A stretch of DNA of 21,616 nt from Octopus sinensis. Taxonomy: Eukaryota. Within the stretch, counting starts at the first letter, position 1; each line of letters opens with the position of its first letter. Both the position numbers and the translations under genes were made by a program. Below are positions 1 through 10,037 of the stretch, piece by piece. Under the pieces are notes generated by a model, which was not told where the DNA came from, made no database searches, and saw nothing but the letters and a program-made list of their open reading frames with translations. The stretch is from positions 1-21,616 of the forward strand of contig NW_021823667.1 in the NCBI RefSeq assembly GCF_006345805.1, given 5' to 3'.

Positions 1-239
1 TTTGTACGTACATAAATTATGCAAATTAAGGAATGCATGATGGTGTGATATATACTACATGCATACAGACATAAATATATATATATATATATATATATAC
101 GCCCTCAATCGGAACCATAAATATTCTACAGTACAGGAGAACCATTAGCATTTTTTTATTATATATTGTCAATAACGAAATCATCCAAATATGACAAGAA
201 TTACAAGAAAATTTATAAAACCAACGTAAGAAGGTGGAC

Positions 240-245
<6 letters not shown>

Positions 246-338
<93 letters not shown>

Positions 339-445
339 TATATATATATATATAATGTACAAGTACGCGCACATATCTGTATATATATATGTACACACAC
401 AAACGTGTGTGTGTGTGTCTGTTTGTGTGTGTGTGTGTGTGTGTT
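246..445. repeat. Compound (TA)n/(TG)n microsatellite
   Basis: Dinucleotide runs read directly. The overlapping YIYI/HTHT ORFs are translations of this repeat. Confidence 0.95.
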
Positions 446-734
446 TGTATGTACAATAATCCACCGTAGAATGCGTAAAGCAGAAATGAAAAATGTAACC
501 GTAAATTCAGAAATTTGTCAATCTGAAAAGTAAAGTGCGTCAAATGCATTAACACTAAAAGGTTGTGGCGAAGTCAAAGCTCACACCCTACAAACCCACG
601 TGTGTTCAATATATCTGCTTACACATACATATGTCTATATACATAAATATATATATGTATATAAGAGTGTACGTATGTTTATAGCTCTGCATCTATCTCT
701 TTAAATCTATATCTATTTATACTTATATGTTATG

Positions 735-767
<33 letters not shown>

Positions 768-775
768 TATATATT

Positions 776-813
<38 letters not shown>

Positions 814-850
814 TATATATATATAATATATATATACAATATATAAATCT
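735..850. repeat. Interrupted (TA)n microsatellite
   Basis: Read directly. Confidence 0.95.
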
Positions 851-1778
851 ATATCTACGTATATACGTATATGTACGAACATAATCACAATGTTGGGAAC
901 ACTACCATACCGAATAACATTTATACCCATTTATGCCAATCCTTAATTCCAACGATTTTACATGACCGAGAACCATTGAAGCTGTAATTTATGATTTTTA
1001 TTTGTCTTCTATTCTTTTACCCATTAGTGTAGTAAATGTTTATTATATATTTTCATATTTCTTCCATTCTTTCTCTTATATTTCCCGCTCCGTATTTTTC
1101 TCCATTTTATTCGCAGTTCCTTCTTCTTATTTTTTTTTTCTTTATTGGAATCTCAAAGTTTGATTTTGCTATTCGTTTATATTATAGTTTTCTATTTCCA
1201 TTTTAGAATTTATATAGGTTTTGTGTCTGGTGGATTTTCTTTGTTTCGCTTTATTTATAGAAATTGTTCCATCTTAGTGAAATACTTTGTGTTTGTATAA
1301 ATGAGCGTATGTGTGTTAAAGGGTGGTTTAGTTTGGGCTTTTTTCATGAAATAATTGTTTTGTGCCGGATTAATAATCGTGTGTAAATACACAGACGCAC
1401 ACAGACGCACACACACACACACTCACACACACACACACATTGTCTTATTTATATATACCATTTAGATATAAATGTACTATTGCTAAGAAACATCGATTTA
1501 GTTCCTTTCAAAAATTTTAGAATTTTCTACATAAAAACTTATAAGTACATACAGACACGAAGAGGTACACACACACACACATACACACACACACGCACAT
1601 ACGCACAAACCCATGCACACGCACACTCACTCACATACTCACATATACAAACAAACATTTTTTAGATATTAACTTACACACGAGCAGAAACATCAATACA
1701 ATATTCACAAAGATTTAAATATATGTCCATACACGCCGATATTTCACTTACATTATATATGCGCCCATAGATCTATGG

Positions 1779-1823
<45 letters not shown>

Positions 1824-2444
1824 TATATATGTATATAGCTACATGTATGCATACACGTGTATATACATACACATACATAGAAACACATTGTACGCATGTA
1901 TACACGCATACACACACATATATATATATATAATATATATACAAAGATAAATATACATAGTATATATATATTATGTATGCATATATGTTTGTGTGTTTGT
2001 GTATAATAAATGTATGTGTGTGTGTGTGTGAATCTTTGCTTTACCAATATGATTGTATTTTCGGTATTACTCCGACTACCAGAAGACGTTTCATTGTCGA
2101 GTGTTTTGTGTACCACAAAAATTGAGTTCAACTATTGTCTGAACGAGTTCGAAGTCATCATTCTCAATTCATTCAATACAACGTCGCTACTGTTATTTCA
2201 TCGTCCAAGTTACCCCATCACCAAATCTGCATTAGCAGACACCACACCCTTCGATTTCTATGAACTAGCTTCACCGCTTTGTCTACTGTTTCTATCAATA
2301 TTTCTGACTGTTATAATATAAATTTTCTTTTTGTCTTCCCACTGAGCTTTATTACAAATATTTATTACCTGATATAATATTACAAACATCTCCGCCCAAA
2401 CACGACGATTCTCACACTACAATATATATATATTATATATTATG

Positions 2445-2605
2445 AGAAGCTTGGTCCCAGCCACATGGTTCCGGGTTCAGTCCCACATGAGTCAGCTTGG
2501 GCAAGTGTCTTCTACTATAACCTCGAGCCGACCGAATCCTTGTGAGTGGATTTGGTAGACGAAACTGAAAGAAGGCTGTGACATATATTTGCCTATATAT
2601 ATGTA

Positions 2606-2676
<71 letters not shown>

Positions 2677-2965
2677 CACATATATATATATATGTATATA
2701 TATGTATATTATTATATATATATATATATATAATATATATATATATATATAATATATGTATATACAATATATATGATAATATAAATAATATATGTGTATG
2801 TGCGTGTGTGTGTGCTGTGATGTATATGTGTGTCTCTGTTAGTCCCCATCATCGCCTGACAACCGATATTGATATGCTTATGTCTCCGTAACCTAGCGAT
2901 TCGGCAAAAGAGACTGATAGAATAAGTACTAGGCTTACAAAGAATACGTGCTGGGGACAATTTGT
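2445..2965 (+). mobile_element. tRNA-headed SINE, family A, with an internal microsatellite; both ends trimmed
   Basis: B-box-like GGTTCAGTCCC at ~2475 and body to 2582, then a (TA)/(TG) tract at ~2595-2826, then a 3' module (ATCGCCTGACAACCG...AATAAGTACTAGGCTTACAAAGAAT). Homologous segments occur at 3010, 3661, 4178, 13570 and 17058. Confidence 0.85.
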
Positions 2966-3009
2966 TATATGTATTATTTGTGTGTATTAGAAATATTATG
3001 TTATTTTAT

Positions 3010-3226
3010 TCGTTTACTTGTTTCAGTCATTGAATACGGCCATGCTAGAGCACCACCATTAGTCAAAAGAATCGTCCTTAGGACTCATTGTTTGTAAGCC
3101 TAGTACTTATTCTATCAGTTCTTTTGCCGAACCGCTAGGTTACGGTGACAGAAGCACATCAATATCGGTTGTCAGGCGATTGTGGAGGAGACTAACACAG
3201 ACACACATACACATACACATGAACGT

Positions 3227-3250
<24 letters not shown>
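3010..3250 (-). mobile_element. SINE family A, 3' module (inverted)
   Basis: Reverse complement aligns with 2826-2965 and continues to the family end (GACTGAAACAAGTAAA). A (CA)n tract sits at the internal junction. Confidence 0.88.
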
Positions 3251-3261
<11 letters not shown>

Positions 3262-3274
3262 ATATATATATTTA

Positions 3275-3500
3275 AGGCGGCGAGTTGGCAGAAACGTTAA
3301 CACACCGGGCGAAATACGTTGCCGTATTTCGTCTGCCGTTACGTTCCGAGTTCAAATTCCGCCGAGGTCGACTTTGCCTTTCATCCTTCCGGGGTCGATA
3401 AATTAAGTACCAGTTAAGCACTGGGGTCGATGTAATCGACTTAATCCCTTTGTCTGTCCTTGTTCGTCCCCTCTATGTTTAGCACCTTGTGGGTAGTAAA
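3275..3500 (+). mobile_element. tRNA-headed SINE, family B (Meta/MESC-like core), alternative tail
   Basis: Head GGCGGCGAGTTGGCAGAAACG and B box GAGTTCAAATTCC (3348-3360). Core GGTCGACTTTGCCTTTCATCCTTCCGGGGTCGATAAATTAAGTACCAG recalls the Meta/MESC SINE domain (from memory). The tail matches the array units at 15745-16295. Confidence 0.85.
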
Positions 3501-3589
3501 CATATTCGACTCCTAAACATATACACATATACCTGCGAGGAAGATTCACATTGTTACATAGATTATATATATGTATATATGTATGTTTA

Positions 3590-3646
<57 letters not shown>

Positions 3647-3811
3647 GTATGTATATATATGGCTGAGTGGTAAGAGGCTTGCTTCCCAACCACTTGGTTC
3701 CGGGTTCAGTCCCACTGCGTTGCAGCTTGGGATAGTGTCTTCTACTATAATCTCGAGCCCACCAAATCCATGTCAGCGGATTTGGTAGACGGAAACTTGA
3801 AGAAAGCTGTC

Positions 3812-3845
<34 letters not shown>

Positions 3846-3847
<2 letters not shown>

Positions 3848-4053
3848 TTAGTCCAAACATGAAAACACAAAGAGAAAGCACAACAACGCGAGGACGTGGA
3901 ACAAGTATAGTATTATTGGTTGCTCAGGAAAAAAGGACAGAAGGAGGGTTTAACGTTTCGAGCGGAGCTCTTCGTCGGAAACATAGGAGAAGGAAAGATC
4001 CAAAGAAGGGAAGACGGAGGAAAAATATCGCCAACGGTACACACGTGGTCACA
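3846..4053 (-). mobile_element. Short non-autonomous, probably Penelope-related element inserted in a microsatellite
   Basis: Complex 208-bp block with sharp edges between (TA)n and (CA)n. It contains a hammerhead-like core and has no credible ORF. Confidence 0.6.
3948..3982 (-). ncRNA. Minimal type I hammerhead ribozyme-like motif (variant core)
   Basis: Minus strand reads GUUU-CCGACGA-A-GAGC(UCC)GCUC-GAAACGUU-AAAC. This gives stem I GUUU/AAAC, stem II GAGC/GCUC, a palindromic stem III (AACGUU) and an NUH site GUU. It departs from CUGANGA by U4C and one extra A. Confidence 0.6.
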
Positions 4054-4177
4054 AAAAGACACACACACACAACAAATATATATGTATGTATATATGTATG
4101 TATGTGTGTGTGTGAAACAAGTAAAAGAATGTGGGAACATAATATATATAATTCACACATATAATACATATAACAAA

Positions 4178-4327
4178 TCGTTCCCAGGACTTATTCTTTG
4201 TAAGCCTACTACTTATGCTATCAGTGCCTTTTGCCGAACCGCTAAGATACGGGGTCATAAGCACACCAATAACGGTTCTCAGGCGATGGTGGAGCAGACA
4301 GCCACACATATACATACTCCTGAACAT

Positions 4328-4358
<31 letters not shown>

Positions 4359-4363
4359 CACAT

Positions 4364-4410
<47 letters not shown>

Positions 4411-4427
4411 CGACGGCTTTCTTACAA
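4178..4427 (-). mobile_element. SINE family A fragment (inverted) with internal (CA)/(TA) tract
   Basis: Reverse complement of 4180-4305 aligns with the family A 3' module. ACGACGGCTTTCTT at 4410 is the reversed end of the body. Confidence 0.85.
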
Positions 4428-4530
4428 CCTTTCGGGGTCTACAAAATAAGTACAAGTTGAGCAATGGGGTCGATGTAATCGACTTCACCCCTTCCCGAAA
4501 TTGCTGGCACTGTGCCAAAGTTTGAAATCG
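4428..4530 (+). mobile_element. SINE family B, 3' half with standard tail
   Basis: CCTTTCGGGGTCTACAAAATAAGTAC...GGGGTCGATGTAATCGACTT...GTGCCAAAGTTTGAAA aligns with 15360-15460. Confidence 0.8.
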
Positions 4531-6149
4531 CATTATATCTTTGTTTACAATTTCTGTTTCTCTACTATTTTGTTGTCTTACTTTTCTGTATTAAACTTTT
4601 ATGACCCCAGAAATGTCGTTTCACCCTCCTTTCAAACATTTCACTGACTAAACCGAAGAACTGCTAATGATCACTAAAGTTTTAGTGAATATTTATGGAA
4701 CACTAGCTGAAAGGTATATTAATATGTCTATCAATTTATAAATTACTTTCAAGTTTCAAACTTCTGCAGAACTATAAATATTTCTCAGTTTCCACCGTTG
4801 ATCATATATCATAAAACATTTGAGAATTAGACGCGCAGAAAAATTACGTCAAATTTAACGCAATAAATTTTTAATTCGCATCAAACACGTGCAACAGCAT
4901 TAGAAGAAAATTATACCCAATATTATCATGTCTTTGATGATGATGATGATATATATATATATATATATACATATATATAAAATAGTGTATATTTAAATAC
5001 ATAGAGGATCCACTTATAGAGATTCTACGCGCTAGACAGAACAGCTAAGTTCTATAACCATCAAAAATTGGGGATAAAATTCGACAGGAATATATTTGGA
5101 AATTAAAAGCATTTACCGTCTAGATTCCTGGACCAATTGGTTTCTAATCTTCTTTTAGTGAGTCATAGAGATCTCACAAGGACTGATTTTCGTCAACCGG
5201 AACCAAGCTATCTACACGAGACAAATTAGGTTATCTGTCCCGTGTACATACGACCTAACTTTTCAAATTTTTCTGCGCAGGCGCAGACCATTCCTTGTCT
5301 GCAGTACACCGTCAGCTTTTAACCGAAAATTATCCACGAAAATATGCTATTGGGAAGGACCCCAGTGTGTTGCTCCTTCCTTCTTAAATGAGTAGCCAGA
5401 TATCTCTCGCTTTACTTATAAAGTAAATAACGTGAGCATTGTGGAATTCCTTTGATCATATGACTACAAGGAAACAATTCGGCTGCAACGAAACAGTACG
5501 CTGCATCAATTCATACAAACATATAGAATTCTATATTGTCGATAGGTAAACATTTCATATACATGGATAATACAAAGGTACAATGATTCAAACATATCCA
5601 GTATCTATTTATCAATCGTGTGTATGCCTCAGCAACAGCAAATGCATGAAAAGAATTCCAGACGATATGCATTTCTTTTCAGATTTCGTTCAACATTTTT
5701 TTCAGCTTCACATATGTCCTACAAAATACACATGAATTAATCTGATTTAATTTTAAGCGGACAATATAACGACAAACTGTTAATAATGAAAATTCTCTCC
5801 AGCATTATTATCGAGATAATACTGTCTGAAACAAATCAGTGATTAGTTGTTTATTAGCTAGAGAGAAAGTGGTTAAATATAACATGTTAAATAGAAAAAA
5901 AGAATTCCATGTTCTACTGGCGAAAAACGAATGGCTGTAGATTTATGAAGATGCTTCAATAAATTGGAAGAGGGCTTAGTTTTGGCTATCTTTCAAATAT
6001 CTGGTTATTTCTAAAGTAAAAAAACTCACCTTTTATTGAATATAGCTCCGTTTCACTCCCACCATACATACATATATATATATATATATAATATATATAT
6101 ATATATGGTGGTTGTCTATTTCTTATGCCCTTTACAACAATAGCAGTAA

Positions 6150-6275
6150 TAATATTAATAATAATAATAATAATTGTCATAATCATAATCATAATAATAA
6201 TAATAATAATAATGATAATAATAATAGTAATAATAATAATGATGATGATGATGATGATAATAATAAAAATAAAAT
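6150..6275. repeat. (AAT)n/(GAT)n trinucleotide tract
   Basis: Read directly. Confidence 0.95.
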
Positions 6276-6827
6276 GCCTTGATGCAGTTCAAGGCAGTGG
6301 CTCTCGTGGCTTCTGATCTTAATTGCGTGGAAGTGTTATCATGTACATGTTTTCCCTTGGTATAAACGAAGGGCTACAGCAAATGTTCTGCTCAATACCA
6401 CAGATTTGCTTGTCAGTTATTTGACGTTAACCAGTTGAGCATGTCCCTTAGTGGCTGACAATATGTGCATCTCTGATCAAGAGCAGGAGTAGTGGGAGAG
6501 CATCATAGCCTTGTGTTGAAAGGAATTCTTGAAGGTTTGGATAATTCATCTTTGGAAAAATGGGTGGTTCGTTCAATATCTTTAAACAATCCTTATTCAG
6601 GGACGTTTTGAATGGGATGGGCTACTAAACCAGAAGAAAATTCTAACTGGGCCCCATCCGCAAGGTCATGCGCTGTTTATCTTGATATGAGATCACCATG
6701 TCGCGCACATATGGTTGTGATGCATGAGCCTGGTGACCCTTATCAGACATGAAGTCATGATGGGTGTACTGGGCTTCGTATATTTTACTCCAGTGTCACT
6801 TTGATGGCATGCACTGCTCTCTCACTC
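6276..6827. mobile_element. ~550-bp non-coding interspersed element embedded in an (AAT)/(GAT) microsatellite
   Basis: Complex block, richer in GC than its flanks, with abrupt edges and AAT-family repeats in the same orientation on both sides. No long ORF. It resembles a repeat I recall from octopus DNA (unverified). Confidence 0.6.
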
Positions 6828-6828
6828 A

Positions 6829-6859
<31 letters not shown>

Positions 6860-6908
6860 CGATGATGATGATGATAATAATAATAATAATGACGATAATA
6901 ACAACAGC

Positions 6909-6941
<33 letters not shown>

Positions 6942-6985
6942 AACAACATAAAACAATAATAATAATAATAATAATTAATAATAAT
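6828..6985. repeat. Compound (GAT)n/(AAT)n/(AAC)n tract
   Basis: Read directly. Confidence 0.95.
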
Positions 6986-7247
6986 TCAAACATTTCATGG
7001 CGAATGAATACTAAAGAAATCAATACGTATATTGAAATTAATATGTTTATTCGATTGAAATTAATTTGAATAAAACATTTCTTATTTACATATTTGCAAT
7101 AAATATTTTTTCAATGAAAACAATGGCTAATTATCAAATAATTACAATTGCATCTTTACCTACCTAATACTACCAATAATGGTTATAAGTACTATTTCGG
7201 TATTACCAGCCATATGATAGAGAATATTCTTTGTTATATAAAGTAGC

Positions 7248-7580
7248 GCGGAGGCGCAATGGCCCAGTGGTTAGGGCAGCGGACACGCGCTCATACGATC
7301 GCAGTTTCGATTCCCAGACCGAGCGTTGTGAGTGTTTATTGAGCAAAAATACCTAAAGCTCTACGAGGCCCCGGTAGTGGGTAGTGGTGAATTCTGCTGC
7401 ATTCTTTCACCACAACTTTCTCTCATTCTTTCTTCCTGTTTCTGTTGAACCTGAAAACTATGTTAAGGGTACACGCGTTTATGGAGTGCTCAACCACTTG
7501 CACGCTAATTTCACGAGCAAGTTATTTCTTTGATCAGATCAACTGGAACCCTCGTCGTCGTAACCGACGGAGTGCCAAAA
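7248..7580 (+). mobile_element. tRNA-headed SINE, family C, apparently full length
   Basis: A box TGGCCCAGTGG (7260-7270) and B-box-like GTTTCGATTCC (~7304). The body ends GACGGAGTGCCAAAA. Imperfect TSD candidate TATATAAAGTAGC (7235-7247) / TATATAGTAGC (7581-7591). Confidence 0.75.
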
Positions 7581-7817
7581 TATATAGTAGCCAAAGTAGC
7601 TAAATCAAATAATTAAATAGTCCATCCTTTCGGAGCATGTAGAAACAGAATGAGGCGGTGATACACTGCTAAGTAACCGATGCATCTAGAAGAAATTAAC
7701 ATCTGCCAATGAACCAAATGACACTGTATAACCCATTAAATAGCAACCCTGAATGTGGTACATATTAACAAGGGAGATTTATATTGTTTTAGAGGACGGA
7801 CAAACAGTGCCATTTAA

Positions 7818-8041
7818 TAGGTGAGGTGCTGAATGTTCCTGGGTTTAAAACCTGGGCATCGTGAAAGGCCTGGTTGGAGGCGCAAATTAAGGAGTTCTTT
7901 TACAGGGCTTAGAAAAACTGACAGAGTGCTGGAATACGTGTGTCAATCTGAGAGGGGTATATGTTTAATAAAACATAATTAACTGAATGTTCCTGTATTT
8001 ACTTTTATCCAAAGCCAGGTAATTTTCAGCGACCCCTCGTA
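7818..8041 (+). mobile_element. Internally deleted mariner (MITE-sized) retaining the transposase C-terminus
   Basis: Degenerate TIRs: TAGGTGAGGTGCTGAATGTTCCTGGGTTT versus reverse-complemented right end TACGAGGGGTCGCTGAAAATTACCTGGCTTT, with TA at both ends. Frameshifted translation KAWLEAQIKEFF/TGLEKLTECWNTCVNLRGVYV matches the mariner C-terminus (FF..GI.KL..RW.KC...G.Y). Confidence 0.78.
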
Positions 8042-8679
8042 TATGTACCGAATAGGAATTAACATTTACCATGTGGCCCAGTGTAACACATTAGGTAGTG
8101 CATATTAACTGCAGGACATACATATAATAAGATGAGATTTACGTGCTTTTGGTGGACGTAAATAGAGAGGATGTATGTATAAAGTCAATTAGTAGATGCA
8201 GAGTCAAGCAGTAACACGGCAAAATGGAACTATTTAACACAATACAACAATGCGTAAGAACCAGCGTTAGACAATATAATGCAATGTAAGAAATATGTAA
8301 AAATATAAGAAAATGGCAGAGAAATATAATGCAATAACACGAAATAAATAGTGACAGAATCCAATATAATCGGAAAATGCAACAAGCTGTAGCATTTAGA
8401 ATGCAAAAAAACATATCTAACCAATATCGATCGAAGCTTAACAACGTAACATAATCAATACAAAAAGCAAATATAATGAAAATAGTTTTTGTGGTACGTA
8501 CGTAGAACATAACAATTGCTGGGTGCAAATGTAGAGATTGTTTATTACCTTTGTAAGTACATGTGAATGTTTTGGAATGAATGTACGCATTTGTCTATAC
8601 CAGGTAAGCATCTATCTCAGCAACGAATATATTTTACAGTTTGATATGGAAAAAAACTCATCATACAACCACAGACTTA

Positions 8680-9062
8680 TATTCTCGTGCCGGAGTTAAG
8701 GTTACTTTACAGAAGGCTTTTAGGAATCCATACATTTACCATGCGCTGTACTTGGCACAGCTCCCGAAGATTTCGTTGCTGCAGAAAGGGAAACAAATAA
8801 GTATCTCCACAGGAACCAAAATCTCATTCTCGAAGACTCTGTTACTCCACTTGACATTTGAATTTGATTCAGGTTCCGTAGCTGGAAGACATTAAGAGAC
8901 AACTCAAGTCTGGAGTAGTACTGCAGAGGGGCACGCTGTCAGAAGTGAAGGTGCTAAGGATACAGCGACCGTAGAATACAATATTGGTGAGCAGTCTTCG
9001 CTTACATTTCTTCCGCACTATAGTTGTTCAGCTTGCTGGTGTTGCAGTTGCTCTCCCAGTAA
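8680..9062 (-). mobile_element. Degenerate RTE-clade LINE fragment (region C-terminal to RT)
   Basis: Colinear frameshifted minus-strand peptides FYGRCILSTF, LNVFQLRNLNQI, VKWSNRVFENEIL and LQQRNLRELCQVQRMVNVWIPKSLL*SNLNSGTR. These parallel the RTE pattern (Y.ACVLSTL..LN.FHLR.LRRI..IKWQDRV.N.EVL..RLRW.GHV.RM...RIPK.LLY.EL..G.R). Confidence 0.7.
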
Positions 9063-9077
9063 CAGAATACGTACATA

Positions 9078-9849
9078 AATTTGTTCATTCAGACAGATAT
9101 ACATTTAAAAGAGACAGTGAAATACTCGGAGAAACAACATGCAAACTAATAGCCAGTTTATGTCTTATTTCTATGGAAGACATTACATATATCATTATCA
9201 GCTGCTCAAAAGTGTCATCCAGTAACTACCAACGTATACGACACGACATTGTTGCTAAAGCAATATACAATGCCGATCAAAAAGAGATTACCCTGGAATA
9301 AATACAGGGAAACCCGTTGCAATTGAATAAATATACACGGTTCAGCTCATGGAATATTGGTGCAGCATTCTTATCAAAACTTGTAGTAACATTAGTAACA
9401 TTAGTCAGTTGCAAATATAACAGGCTGGATATCGTCGTTTCTGACAGACATGGAAATATATATACCGTCATAGAGCCCAGCTTCCCTGCTGATGTGATTA
9501 ACTCTTCGAATGTGATTAACTCTGCGATCGTATGGACACTGCTTCGAAAACTCCAGTTTCAATATTCAGATTATAAATTAATACGACTAATAATTGGTGC
9601 ACTTGGTTTTGTTAGTAGATGCCTAACTGAAAATGAAAAACCTAGAATTTTCAGCAATCAACCATCTAATTCACATATTCCAAACACAAACGGTACTGTA
9701 AAATTATGCCAGACTTTTCTTAAATTTAAGGAATGAAATTGTTTTTGTTACTTACATTCTCAAGATGACGGAGCATTGTAACTTTCCTAGAAATCAGGTC
9801 TTTCCTCAGAGGAAGCTTTCAACTAAGTAACAACAGAAAAAGACAAAAC
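9078..9849 (+). mobile_element. 5'-truncated R4/Dong-clade RLE non-LTR retrotransposon relic (copy 1)
   Basis: Decayed CCHC knuckle and RHD motif (LCLISMEDITYIIISCSKVSSSNYQRIRHDIVAK). Restriction-like endonuclease region (NRLDIVVSDRHGNIYTVIEPSFPAD...IIGALG) ending CQTFLKFKE* at 9736, then a ~110-nt 3' UTR. Flanked by the 11-bp direct repeat ATACGTACATA (9067-9077, 9850-9860). Confidence 0.9.
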
Positions 9850-10037
9850 ATACGTACATACATACATACATACATACATACATACATACATACATACATA
9901 CATACATACATGCTTGCATGCATGCATACATACATGCAAGCATACATACATACATACATACATACATACATACATACATACATACATACATACATACATA
10001 AATACATACATACATACATACATACATACATACATAC
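9849..10037 (+). repeat. (CATA)n tetranucleotide array between the two R4-clade elements
   Basis: Read directly; a few CATG variant units. Confidence 0.97.

Larger units (their letters stand above)
3661..4130 (+). mobile_element. SINE family A: head and body (3661-3813) plus 3' tip (4113-4130), interrupted by an insertion
   Basis: A-box-like TGGCTGAGTGG and B-box-like GGTTCAGTCCC. The body aligns with 2445-2582. Terminal TGAAACAAGTAAAAGAAT at ~4113. Confidence 0.8.

Noticed and set aside
2078-2110. Minus-strand GAAACGTC resembling the 3' half of a hammerhead
   Set aside because: No upstream CUGANGA-like core and no stems I/II.
2040-2321. Non-repetitive open frame (…LRLPEDVSLSSVLCTTKIEF…) as a possible exon
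   Set aside because: No recognisable domain and no convincing splice-site pair. It cannot be supported without RNA-seq or homology.
4671-4688. Palindrome TCACTAAA-GT-TTTAGTGA
   Set aside because: A single short AT-rich inverted repeat is expected by chance in 21 kb.
7248-7325. tRNA gene
   Set aside because: A and B boxes are present, but there is no clean cloverleaf and the sequence continues into a SINE-like body. The same applies to the heads at 3661 and 13570.
9492-9523. Short tandem duplication ATGTGATTAACTCT inside R4 copy 1
   Set aside because: Best explained as post-insertion decay within a dead element.
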